Assembly: GCA_036268855.1 (NCBI GenBank)
Contig: DATATJ010000197.1
Coordinates: forward strand, 2,315 to 66,314
From: Vicinamibacterales bacterium
GTDB lineage: Bacteria > Acidobacteriota > Vicinamibacteria > Vicinamibacterales > CAVVIG01
Direction: 5' to 3'
DNA: 64,000 nucleotides
Shown: positions 53,968 to 63,162 of the stretch, in pieces
Numbering within the stretch: the first letter of the stretch is position 1
Layout of the letters: every line of letters begins with the position of its first letter
Program-made: the position numbers and the translations under genes
Notes under the pieces: model-generated
Told to the model about the DNA's origin: nothing
Seen by the model: only the letters and a program-made list of their open reading frames with translations
Databases searched by the model: none

Positions 53968-55054
53968 CGATCTCGTCGAAGCTCCACAACAGCGACTCGC
54001 GCTCCGAGTACGGGCCCGGCTGGTAGACGCGCGAGTTGATGCCCGCCTGTGACTGCTCCGCAATCCACCAATCCTCCCGATTCGTCAGGTCCCAGAATTC
54101 GATCGCATCGCCGGCCTCGAAGCCGGGCTTCGCGATCTCGGCTTCGTGAAAGTGGAACTCGCAGATGATCTCCGTGCGATCGTGAGCGCGCGGCCACAGC
54201 GTGTGCGTCATCACGTAGTCGGGGTGGAGGCTGAGCAGGAGATTCGGATAAATCGCGAAGTAGACCACACGGTGCCGGTCGGCTTCGCCGAGACCGGGCA
54301 GATAATCGCGCCGACGCTTGCCGTCCAGGCTCATGGTCTCGACGCCGTCGCGAAACCCCATGGCGCCCCCGCAATAGTGCGCCGTCGGCTCGACGTTCTC
54401 GGCCCCGAGATAGTGATGGAGCCGGTTCAGGGCCGGATGCAGGTTGGGGCAGTGCAGGCACTCGTTGTAATTCAGGACGATCAGCTTCCAGTTCGCGCGC
54501 ACGTCGTAGACAATGCGCCGGTGCAGACGGAGATCCTGCATGCGCCACGGCGAGAAGCGCACGGGCAGGTCTGCGAGCTGGTCGCGAAGAGGCGGAAGGG
54601 CGTCGTGGCCGGGAGCGGCGGGAAAGCCGGCAAGCGCTGTACCAAGGTGTACGAAGATGTTGCCGTCCCATACCTCGCAGCCGGCTCGATGCAGAGCGTA
54701 GTCTTCCTTCCGGAACTCCGGCGGCATGTGCGGTGCGGCACGGAGGCGGCCGCCGAGATCGTACGTCCACGCGTGATACGGACACTGAATCCGATCGGCG
54801 AGATGTCCCTCGGCCTGGTCGCACAAGCGCGTCCCGCGGTGGCGGCAGATGTTGAAGACCGCATGGATCTCGCCGGCTTCGTCGCGAGCGATGATGACGC
54901 TGTCCTGTCCAAGGCTGCGCGTGAAGTAGTCGCCGGCGCGGGGAATCTGATCCGAGCGTCCCGCGCAAATCCACCGCGCGAAGTAAAACCGATCGAGCTC
55001 GCGGGCGTAGAACTCCGGGTCGGCGTAGAACGATCGCGGCAGCGTGGTGTGCAT
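53948..55054 (-). CDS. Rieske [2Fe-2S] aromatic-ring-hydroxylating oxygenase alpha subunit-like
   Basis: CRHRGTRLC..(x)..CPYHAWTY Rieske motif. The C-terminal catalytic domain contains NECLHCP..H. Its 3' end overlaps the convergent CN-hydrolase gene by 20 nt. Confidence 0.85.
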   Translation of the reverse strand: MHTTLPRSFYADPEFYARELDRFYFARWICAGRSDQIPRAGDYFTRSLGQDSVIIARDEAGEIHAVFNICRHRGTRLCDQAEGHLADRIQCPYHAWTYDLGGRLRAAPHMPPEFRKEDYALHRAGCEVWDGNIFVHLGTALAGFPAAPGHDALPPLRDQLADLPVRFSPWRMQDLRLHRRIVYDVRANWKLIVLNYNECLHCPNLHPALNRLHHYLGAENVEPTAHYCGGAMGFRDGVETMSLDGKRRRDYLPGLGEADRHRVVYFAIYPNLLLSLHPDYVMTHTLWPRAHDRTEIICEFHFHEAEIAKPGFEAGDAIEFWDLTNREDWWIAEQSQAGINSRVYQPGPYSERESLLWSFDEIVRREAS

Positions 55055-55055
55055 G

Positions 55056-56234
55056 TCAGCCGCTCATCCACTCCGTCGGCGCGTCGATGTACGAAGCGTT
55101 CAAGGCGGACGTCGACGCGCAGCCCAGCAGTTTGAGCGTGCGAACCACGTCGGTTCGCAGGATCTCGATGGCGCGGGCCACGCCCGGGCCGCCTCCCGCC
55201 CCGAGCCCGTACGCATACGCGCGCCCGATCAACACCGCTCGCGCGCCCAGACACAGCGCCTTGACGATGTCGCTGCCGCGGCGAATGCCGCCGTCGAGCA
55301 ACACCTCGATCCGGCCGTCCACGGCGGCGAGCACTTCCGGCAGCACCCGCAGTGTGGCCGCGACGCCGTCGAGCTGACGCCCGCCGTGATTCGACACGAC
55401 GATGGCGTCGGCCCCTTCGTCCACGGCGCGCTTCGCATCCTCGCCGATGTGGACGCCCTTGATCACGATCGGGCCGTTCCAGGCCTCGCGGATCCAGCGC
55501 AGATCGGACCACGACACCATCGACTGCTCGAGCATCGCGCCGACGTCGGCGTACGGCATCGCCCCGCGATCCGCGAGCATGACGTTGGGGAACGTCATGA
55601 GACCGCCGTCGCCCAGGCAGCCGGCGAGCCAGCGCGGGCGGGCCAGAAACTGCGAGACGAACGGCGCCATCGTCCAGGGATTGCGCGTGAGCAGCTCCTT
55701 CGTTCCGTTGCGGACGTCGCGCTCGCGCATGCCGGCGACCGGCGTATCGATCGTCACCACCAGTGCGGTGAAGCCGGCCGCGCGGGCGCGCGCGATCGCG
55801 GCCAGGGCGACATCGCGTCCGCCGGCGAGATAGAGCTGGTACCAGCAAGGGCCCTTCGAGGCCGCCTTCACCTCTTCCAGGCGGCAGCCGGAGAGCGTGG
55901 ACAGGATGTAGGCCGTGCCGGCCGCGTCGGCCTCGCGTGCGGCGACGGCTTCGCCGCGCGGATAGAACATCCGGCTGCTGCCGACCGGCGCGAGCAGGAA
56001 TGGCAGCGCGAGACGGGTGCCGAGCACCGTCGTCCTCAGGTCGCAGGCGGCCGTCGCGACGGCACACCGCGGACGAAAGCGCACCAGCTCGAAGGCGCGG
56101 CAGTTCTCGCGCAGCGTGATCTCCGCGTCCGCGCCGCCGTCGATGTAGTCGAAGACGGCGCGCGGCAGCCGCCGCTTCGCCAGCCGCCGCAGGTCCGCGA
56201 TGTTGACCACGTCGGGCGCATCCATCCGGCTCAC
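55056..56234 (-). CDS. FMN-dependent alpha-hydroxy-acid dehydrogenase/oxidase (LldD/glycolate oxidase family)
   Basis: ..FDYIDGGA..E.TL.EN...F, VVTIDTPV.G.RERD, VSNHGGRQLDG and DGGIRRGSDIVKAL.LGA. Confidence 0.9.
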   Translation of the reverse strand: MSRMDAPDVVNIADLRRLAKRRLPRAVFDYIDGGADAEITLRENCRAFELVRFRPRCAVATAACDLRTTVLGTRLALPFLLAPVGSSRMFYPRGEAVAAREADAAGTAYILSTLSGCRLEEVKAASKGPCWYQLYLAGGRDVALAAIARARAAGFTALVVTIDTPVAGMRERDVRNGTKELLTRNPWTMAPFVSQFLARPRWLAGCLGDGGLMTFPNVMLADRGAMPYADVGAMLEQSMVSWSDLRWIREAWNGPIVIKGVHIGEDAKRAVDEGADAIVVSNHGGRQLDGVAATLRVLPEVLAAVDGRIEVLLDGGIRRGSDIVKALCLGARAVLIGRAYAYGLGAGGGPGVARAIEILRTDVVRTLKLLGCASTSALNASYIDAPTEWMSG

Positions 56235-57361
56235 GACAGCAGCCTCTCGAGCTCCTCGGGATGGCCCGCTCGCGCGATTGCGTCCTTGCGTTCGATGAGC
56301 CCTTGTTTCACGAGCTCCGCGAGCGACTCCTCGAAGGTGAACGATCCGTGTTTGCGGGTGATGGTGATCTCCTGGTGCAGATGGTGCAGCGCGTTCTTGC
56401 GCACATGCTGGCGGGCGCCGTAGCCGACCACGAGCAGCTCCGCGGCCGGGATCATGCCGTGGTCCACTTTCGGAATCAACACCTGCGTCATCACGCCGGC
56501 CAGCGCCAGCGCGAGCTCCTGCCGGATGGTGTTCTGCCGCTCCAGCGGAAACGAGTCGGCGATGCGCGCCACTGTGGAGGCGACATCCGTCGTGTGCAGG
56601 CTGGAGAACACCAGATGACCGGTTTCGCCGGCCGCTACCGCGATTCGCATCGTTTCGGTGTCGCGCATTTCGCCGACCACGATGACGTCGGGCGCCTGGC
56701 GGAGCGCCGCCCGCAGCGCTGTCGGAAAGTCGGGCGCGTCGACGCCGATCTCCACCTGCTCGATCACCGATTTGTGGTGATGGTGCTCGTATTCGATCGG
56801 ATCCTCGATCGTGATGATGTGCTTGGCGTCCCGCAGGTTGATCTCGTGCACGAGCGCGGCGAGCGTCGTCGTCTTGCCGGCGCCGGTGGGACCGCCGACG
56901 AGGACGAGCCCCCGCGGCAATCGGGTGAGCTGCTCGATGGACGGCGGCAGATTCAGCGAAGTGAAGCGCGGCACCGCCGTCGGCAGCCGGCGGATGGCGG
57001 CCGCCGCGCGGCCGCGCTCGCGGTGCAGGTTGATGCGGAAGCGGCCGATGTCGGTGGTCCGCAGCGATGCGTCGGCGACGCCGGCGTCATGAAACTGCTT
57101 GCGGGCGTGAGGCGGCAGGGCGGCGGCGACGGCGTCCGCGATGTCCTCAGCATCGAGTGGCGTGTCGGCAATCGGCCTGACCGCGCCGTCGACGCGGATC
57201 ATCGGGGGAGCGCCCGCGACGAGCAGCAGGTCGCTGCCCGAACGTTCGACGAGCTGCTCGAGCCACGGTCGGAGCCGCGCGCTCTCTTCCGGAACGGCCG
57301 CCGCCGGCGCCTCAGCGTTCAGCTCGGTGACCAGGGCGTCGAGGTCGGCGCGTTCCTTCAT
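56231..57361 (-). CDS. PilT/PilU-family type IV pilus retraction-type ATPase (divergent)
   Basis: SDLLLVAGAPPMIRVDG, RFRINLHRERG, GLVLVGGPTGAGKTTTLAAL (Walker A), ITIEDPIEYEH, DVIVVGEMRD (Walker B) and GHLVFSSLHT (His box). The stop overlaps the start of the FMN dehydrogenase (ATGA). Confidence 0.85.
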   Translation of the reverse strand: MKERADLDALVTELNAEAPAAAVPEESARLRPWLEQLVERSGSDLLLVAGAPPMIRVDGAVRPIADTPLDAEDIADAVAAALPPHARKQFHDAGVADASLRTTDIGRFRINLHRERGRAAAAIRRLPTAVPRFTSLNLPPSIEQLTRLPRGLVLVGGPTGAGKTTTLAALVHEINLRDAKHIITIEDPIEYEHHHHKSVIEQVEIGVDAPDFPTALRAALRQAPDVIVVGEMRDTETMRIAVAAGETGHLVFSSLHTTDVASTVARIADSFPLERQNTIRQELALALAGVMTQVLIPKVDHGMIPAAELLVVGYGARQHVRKNALHHLHQEITITRKHGSFTFEESLAELVKQGLIERKDAIARAGHPEELERLLS

Positions 57362-57395
57362 CGCAGCTGCGCCTGCGCGGCGACGATCGACCGCT

Positions 57396-58115
57396 TCACC
57401 GCCGATCCTGGCGGCTGGCCGCGAGCGGCTCGTTGAGAAAGCGCACCAGCGGCACGGCCTGCCGGAGAATGCCGAGCAGCCGGCGATAGAACGTCGGATC
57501 GCTGGCGAAGGGCGCGGGCAGTTCGACGCCGGCGAGGAACTGCCGGTGCTTCAGGAGCTCGGCCGCCTTGTGGTCCTTGGAAAAGCCGCGCGGGACGCGC
57601 TGCAGCTTCGAGCCTTCGAGCGCGCCGAATGTTTTCTTGAAGCCAGGCGCGGCGATGATGCGGCGCAGCCGCCCGAGGTTCGCCGCGATGTGCTCGCGCA
57701 CGGCGTGCAGCTGCGGAGCCGGCGGGGCGTACATGCCGCCCCCGATCCACAGGCCGTCGGGCGCGAGGTGAAAGTACACGCCCGCGCCTTCGTGCCGGGG
57801 AAGGCCGCGCCAGGGAAAGCTCGCGGCGACGTGCGTCTTGTACGGCGTCTTGTCTTCGGAGAACCGCGTGTCGCGGTAGATGCGGTACAGCGACACTTTC
57901 GGGCTGGCGACGAGCTCGGGCGCGAACCTGCGGAAATCGACGGCGAGCTTGTCGATGATGGCGATCATCGGCGCGCGCACCTTCGCTTCATACTGACCTT
58001 TGCGAGGCTGGAACCAGTCGCGTCGGTTGTTGCGCTTCAACGCGCGCAGGAACGCCAGGGTCTCCGGTGGAAACCGCGGCGCCGGCCCGGCCGACGCCGC
58101 GGACGACGGTGTCAC
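57396..58115 (-). CDS. DUF2461 (TIGR02453) family protein
   Basis: FLRALKRNNRRDWFQPRK.QYE, YRIYRDTRFS.DKTPYKTH and YFHL.P.....GGGMY.P. Confidence 0.8.
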   Translation of the reverse strand: MTPSSAASAGPAPRFPPETLAFLRALKRNNRRDWFQPRKGQYEAKVRAPMIAIIDKLAVDFRRFAPELVASPKVSLYRIYRDTRFSEDKTPYKTHVAASFPWRGLPRHEGAGVYFHLAPDGLWIGGGMYAPPAPQLHAVREHIAANLGRLRRIIAAPGFKKTFGALEGSKLQRVPRGFSKDHKAAELLKHRQFLAGVELPAPFASDPTFYRRLLGILRQAVPLVRFLNEPLAASRQDRR

Positions 58116-58672
58116 CGCGGGGCCTGTGCGGCAGTGGCGGCCTCGACCAGCCGCGCCATGCGCTCCTGCGACTCGCGGGTGATGTGCGGCACGAGACCCA
58201 GCATGCGCTGGGTCGTCATCAGCTGGCCGCGGTGGTGCATTTCGTGCTCCTTGGGCGAAAGCAGCATCTCGAAGCGGCTCTTCGAGGGCTGCGGCGCGCC
58301 GGGGGGCATCGTCACCGATTCGGCGAGGAACGATTCGGGCAGGCTCTCGAGAAACGCCGCGAACCCGTCGCCCTGAGATTTCAGGAACGCGATCAGCTCG
58401 GCCTTCGTCCTCGGCTTCGCCTCTTCGGCGTTGAACTGCTGCATCATGTCCATGAATTTGACGGTCTTCAGGTCGGTGACCTTGTTGCCCTGAATCTGAT
58501 GCTGGAAGCCGGTGCTCACCGCGAGGTGCGCGAGCGTCTGGCCGACGCTCCGCGTGTCGGGCGACGCCTTGAAGTCGTACTGGTTCTCGGGGATCTCTTC
58601 CGCGATTTTGATCGTGTTGTTACGAACCGTCCGAAACGCCGCCGCCAGTTCCTTGCCGCCGTAATACGTCAT
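58112..58672 (-). CDS. DinB family protein
   Basis: Four-helix DinB_2 pattern with His ligands: ..SVGQTLAHL.. and ..EHEMHHRGQL...R. Confidence 0.75.
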   Translation of the reverse strand: MTYYGGKELAAAFRTVRNNTIKIAEEIPENQYDFKASPDTRSVGQTLAHLAVSTGFQHQIQGNKVTDLKTVKFMDMMQQFNAEEAKPRTKAELIAFLKSQGDGFAAFLESLPESFLAESVTMPPGAPQPSKSRFEMLLSPKEHEMHHRGQLMTTQRMLGLVPHITRESQERMARLVEAATAAQAPR

Positions 58673-58730
58673 CGTTGTCTCCTGAAATAATCCAGCGCCG
58701 ATCGAGTGCGCCGCCAGATGCGGCCACCGA

Positions 58731-60200
58731 TCAGTACCACGCGATCGGGTCCTCGCTCAGATTGATGTACACCTGTTTGACGTTGAGATACTCCTCGACG
58801 CCCCATTTGCCCAGCTCGCGCCCCATGCCGCTCTGCTTGTAGCCGCCCCAGGGCGCCTCGACGTACGTCGGCTGCATGTGGTTGACCCAGACGATGCCGG
58901 CGCGCAGCTGCTTCACTGCGCGCATGGCGCGAAAGATGTCGCGCGTCCAGACGGCCGCCGCGAGGCCGTAGAACGTGTCGTTCGCGATGCGCAGCGCGTC
59001 GGCCTCGTCGTCGAACGGGATGACGCAGGCCACCGGCCCGAAGATCTCCTCGCGCGCGATCCGGCTCGAGTTGTCGACGTCGGTGAAGATCGTCGGCTCG
59101 ACGAAGAAACCGCGGTCGAGCCCCGGGCCCGAGGCGCGGCCCCCGCCGATGGCCAGCGTCGCCTCGCCTTTGCCGATGTCCTGGTACTGGCGCACGCGGT
59201 CGAAATGCTCGCGGCTGATGAGGGCGCCCATCTTCGTACCGCGATCGAGCGGCGAGCCAATCGTGATGCGGCGCGTCTTCTCGACCATCGCCTCCACGAA
59301 GCGTTTGTAGATCGGCCGCTGCACGAGGATGCGGCTTCCCGCCGAGCAGACCTCGCCCTGATTCACGAACACGCCGAACAGCGCGCCGTCCACGGCCGCT
59401 TCGAAATCGGCATCGGCGAAAAAGATGTTCGGCGACTTGCCGCCCAGCTCGAGCGAGATCTTCTTCAGCGTGCCCGCGGCGCCGCGCATGATCAGCTTGC
59501 CGACCTCGACGCTGCCGGTGAAGGCAATCTTGTCGACGTCGGCGTGCGCGACGATCGCCGCGCCGGCCGTCTCGCCAAGCCCGGTGACGATGTTGACGAC
59601 ACCGGGCGGGAGCCCCGCCTCGGCGAAGCTCGATGCGAGCGCGAGGATCGACAGCGGCGTCTGCTCGGCCGGCTTCAGCACGGTCGTGCACCCCGCGCAA
59701 ATGGCCGGCGCCAGCTTCCAGGCGGCCATCATGAGCGGGTAGTTCCACGGGATGATCTGCCCGGCCACGCCCATCGGCTCGCGTAGCGCGAGGCTCATGG
59801 CGTTGTCGGGCACCGGCACGACGTCGCCGTGGATCTTGGTCGCCAGGCCGCCGTAGTACTCGAAGCAGGTGGCCACGTCGGCGACGTCGTACTCCGACTC
59901 GACGATCGGCTTGCCGGTGTTGCGCGTTTCGAGCTCCGCGAGCTCGTCGGCACGATCGCGCACCGCCTGGGCGAGGCGGAACAGCATCCGCCCGCGATCC
60001 TGCGCGGTCGTTGCCGGCCACGCGCCTCCGTCAAAGGCCATGCGGGCGGCGGCGACGGCGCGATCGACGTCCGCGGCGCCGGCGTCCGGCACCTGTGCGA
60101 TCACCTCGGAGGTCGCCGGGTTGACGACGTCGAGGACGGCAGTCGACTCCGGCCTCACGAATTCGCCGTTTACGTAGAGGGATTCGATCGGCAAGGCCAA
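58731..60200 (-). CDS. NAD(P)-dependent aldehyde dehydrogenase (BetB-like)
   Basis: LYVNGEFV, IIPWNYPL.M.AWK.APA...G.T.VLKP.E.TP, FTGS.EVGK, ELGGKSP and EVCSAGSR. The only in-frame start preserving the conserved N-terminus is TTG at 60200. Confidence 0.9.
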   Translation of the reverse strand: MALPIESLYVNGEFVRPESTAVLDVVNPATSEVIAQVPDAGAADVDRAVAAARMAFDGGAWPATTAQDRGRMLFRLAQAVRDRADELAELETRNTGKPIVESEYDVADVATCFEYYGGLATKIHGDVVPVPDNAMSLALREPMGVAGQIIPWNYPLMMAAWKLAPAICAGCTTVLKPAEQTPLSILALASSFAEAGLPPGVVNIVTGLGETAGAAIVAHADVDKIAFTGSVEVGKLIMRGAAGTLKKISLELGGKSPNIFFADADFEAAVDGALFGVFVNQGEVCSAGSRILVQRPIYKRFVEAMVEKTRRITIGSPLDRGTKMGALISREHFDRVRQYQDIGKGEATLAIGGGRASGPGLDRGFFVEPTIFTDVDNSSRIAREEIFGPVACVIPFDDEADALRIANDTFYGLAAAVWTRDIFRAMRAVKQLRAGIVWVNHMQPTYVEAPWGGYKQSGMGRELGKWGVEEYLNVKQVYINLSEDPIAWY

Positions 60201-60244
60201 ACCGCAACTATATGAGGTCGCTCGAACCGTTGTAAAGTTGCGCC

Positions 60245-61294
60245 ATGAAACAGCTGATCCTTGCGTTGATCGCGCTCTCCTGCGCCGCGCCGCTGGCGGC
60301 GCAGGACACGCACCCGACCTTCACCGTGGGCACCGCCACCGCGTCGCGCGGCAAGACGGCGACCGGCGTGTTGAAAGTCCCGGCCGGCGTCGATGCGGGC
60401 TATGACATTCCGGTGGCCGTCGTGCACGGCGCCAAACCTGGACCGATCCTCGCGGTCGTGTCGGGCGCGCACGGTACGGAATACGCCTCGATTCTCGCGG
60501 TCGAGCGGCTGATCGACGGCGTCGATCCGGCGCGGCTTTCCGGCACGCTGATTCTCGTGCCGCTGGTGAACGTGCTGTCGTTCGAGCGCCTCGTGCCGCA
60601 CGTCAACCCGACGGACAACAAGAGCATGAACGGCCGCTATCCGGGCGACGCCGCTGGCACGCAGACCGATCGCGCCTCGCTGGTCATCACGAAGGAAGTG
60701 GTGGAGCAATGCGATCACCTGATCGATCTGCACGGCGGTGATCTCGACGAGAACCTGCGGCCGTACAGCTACTGGACTGTGACCGGCAACAAGGCGCAGG
60801 ACGAGGCGTCGCGCGCGATGGTGCTGGCGTTCGGCCTCGACCACGTGATCATTTCCGCCGATCGGCCGAAGGATCCGAAGGCATCGCGCTACCTGGAGAA
60901 CACCGCCTCCACGCGCGGCAAGGCCTCGTTCACGGCTGAGGCCGGCCGTTCCGGGCCGGTGAACCCGGCCGACGTCACCGTGCTGACGACCGGCGTCCGC
61001 CGCGTGATGGCGCACCTCAAAATGCTCCAGGGCGCGGCCGCGCCGGTCGCGCATCCGATCTGGATCGAGAAAGTCGTCACGGTCGCCGCCGAGCAGGCGG
61101 GCGTCTTCTGGCCGTCCGTCGATCGCGATGCGCACGTCGTGAAGGGCGCGAAAATCGGTGTCGTCACCGACTACCTGCATCATCAGGTGCAGGAGATCAC
61201 CGCACCGGAGAGCGGCCTGATTCTGTTCGTGCGCGCCGTGCCGTCGCTGAAGAAAGGCGATACGATCACCAATATCGGGATCATCAAGAAGTAA
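60245..61294 (+). CDS. succinylglutamate desuccinylase/aspartoacylase (AstE/AspA, M14-like) family protein, secreted
   Basis: MKQLILALIALSCAAPLAAQ is a signal peptide. VVSGAHGTEYAS, MNGRYPGD and DLHGGD. Confidence 0.8.
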   Translation: MKQLILALIALSCAAPLAAQDTHPTFTVGTATASRGKTATGVLKVPAGVDAGYDIPVAVVHGAKPGPILAVVSGAHGTEYASILAVERLIDGVDPARLSGTLILVPLVNVLSFERLVPHVNPTDNKSMNGRYPGDAAGTQTDRASLVITKEVVEQCDHLIDLHGGDLDENLRPYSYWTVTGNKAQDEASRAMVLAFGLDHVIISADRPKDPKASRYLENTASTRGKASFTAEAGRSGPVNPADVTVLTTGVRRVMAHLKMLQGAAAPVAHPIWIEKVVTVAAEQAGVFWPSVDRDAHVVKGAKIGVVTDYLHHQVQEITAPESGLILFVRAVPSLKKGDTITNIGIIKK

Positions 61295-61309
61295 ATCCGG
61301 AGGCGGATC

Positions 61310-61753
61310 ATGAATAGCGGCGTGGCCAGAGCGACGTACGACGATGTGAATCTCATTGTGAAGCTGTACGACATGCGCCGCGAGGAGCGCATGCGAATGG
61401 CGCGAGCCTGGTTCGCCGCGTCGTTCAAGGCGAAGACCATGGAAGACTTCGCGTCCCTCTGCCCGCCGGGCAGTGAACAGAATGCCTCGTACCGGATGGT
61501 CGTGTCGTACTGGGAGATGGTCGCGTCGTTTTTGACCAACGGCGTGCTGAACGCGGAGCTCTTCTATCAGAGCGGGCGCGAGCTGCTGTTCGTCTGGGAG
61601 CGCGTGCGCGACCTGGTGCCGCTCGTGCGCGAGCAGTACCAGCATCCGCTCGAGTACAAGAATACCGAGGCGGCCGCGAAGGCGTACATCGAGTGGTGGA
61701 ACAGGCAGTCGCCCGGCGCGTACGACGCCTTCGCCAAGCGTGTCCGCGGTTGA
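61310..61753 (+). CDS. hypothetical protein
   Basis: 147-aa ORF 15 nt after the AstE-like gene. Coding-like composition (YDMRREERMR..YWEMVASF..). No family recognised. Confidence 0.5.
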   Translation: MNSGVARATYDDVNLIVKLYDMRREERMRMARAWFAASFKAKTMEDFASLCPPGSEQNASYRMVVSYWEMVASFLTNGVLNAELFYQSGRELLFVWERVRDLVPLVREQYQHPLEYKNTEAAAKAYIEWWNRQSPGAYDAFAKRVRG

Positions 61754-61762
61754 CGATCGTCT

Positions 61763-63162
61763 CTACCGCGCGGCGGCGACCTCGGTGGCCGCCGCGTAAA
61801 TCAACTGCACGAACTGTCCCAGCCCTTCCACCGACAGGCGCTCGTCGTTGCCGTGGATCGCGCCGCGCTCGCGATCGCTGACGACGCTGCCCAACCCGTA
61901 CGCCTGGACCCCCTTTGCCCGAAGCGGCGCCGAGTCGGTCGCGCCGGTGAGCATCACCGGCAGCGTCACCGCGCCGGGGAAGATCTTCGCCTGCGCCGAC
62001 TCGAGTGCGCTGAACAGCGCCGTCTGCAGCCCGGAGGGGGACGGCGCCGGCCGGTCGCCCGAGCTCGTGCGCGTGATCTCGACCGCCGGATCCGCCACGA
62101 GAGCGTTGAGCGCGGCAATCAGCGCCGGCATGTCCTCGTCGGGGAGCGCCCGGACGTCCAGCGTCGCCTCCGCGTCTCCAGGGATGACGTTGCTGCGGAA
62201 GCCACCCTTGATGATCGTGGGGACGACCGACGTGCGCAGCATCGAGTTGTACATGATGTTCGTGCGCCGCAGCGTCTCCTGCGCGCCGGCGCTCGCTTTC
62301 GCGTCTTCGAGCGCCGCGTAAATCCGCGCGTCGTCGGGCGGGCTGATCTTGGCGAGCCGCTCGAAGAACGCTCGCGTCGTCTCGTTCAAGCGCATGGGCG
62401 GCTGCCAGCTGCCGATCTTGCCGATCGCGGCGGCGAGGTGCGTGATCGCGTTGTCGAGGCGCGGCATTGATCCGTGGCCGCTCGTCCCTTCGCGGTCACG
62501 CGCAGGCCGCGCGGTACTTTCTCGGTCGTTGCGACGCCGACGTATTGCACGCCGCCGTCCTTCTGGTAAATCCAGCCGCCTTCGTTCAGCGCGAACTCGC
62601 TCTCGATCTTGTCCCAGTGCTGGGCCACCATGAACCCGATGCCGGCGCGGCCGCCCGCTTCCTCGTCGGCTTCGGCCAGAAAGATCACGTCGCGATCGAG
62701 CGGCACCTTCAGGCGATGGAGCAGGAGGAACGCCTCGAGACACGCGGACGTCATGCCCTTGTCGTCCGACGCGCCGCGCCCGTACACGTAGCCGTCCTTG
62801 ATCGTGCCGCCGAACGGATCGAAGCTCCACTTGTCGCGCTCGACGCCGACGACGTCCGTGTGGCCCATCAGCAGCAGCGGCCGCCTGCGGCCGGATCCCT
62901 TCAGGCGCGCGACGAGGTTGGCCCGGCCGGGCTGTCCCTCGAAGAGCTCCGACGGGATCCCTTCCTTGTCGAGAATCTGCCTGATGAACGCCGCCGCTTT
63001 CGTTTCGTTGCCGGGCGGATTGCTCGTGTCGATCTTGACGAGCGCCGAGAGCGTCTGCGCGACCTCCTCGCGCGCGGCCCTGAAGTCGGGAGCACCCGGG
63101 CCGCTTTGCCCGGCGAGGCCGACGGACAATCCGCAGATGGCGATCAGCACCGCGCGTGTCAT
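61763..63162 (-). pseudogene. M20/M25/M40 family peptidase interrupted by a 1-nt frameshift
   Basis: The N-terminal half is in the frame of ORF 62386..63495: MTRAVLIAICGLSVG.., LLMGHTDVV, YGRGASDDKG, AEADEEAGG, ..VTAKG. The C-terminal half is in the frame of ORF 61763..63415: TSGHGSMPRLDNAI..GATDS... The join falls at the CCC run 62486-62488. There gcgaagggacgagc should read gcg aag ggN acg agc. Confidence 0.75.

Noticed and set aside
62480-62495. Programmed ribosomal frameshift in the M20 gene.
   Set aside because: There is no slippery heptamer or obvious downstream stimulatory structure at the frame junction. A 1-nt indel in a GGG/CCC run is the simpler explanation.
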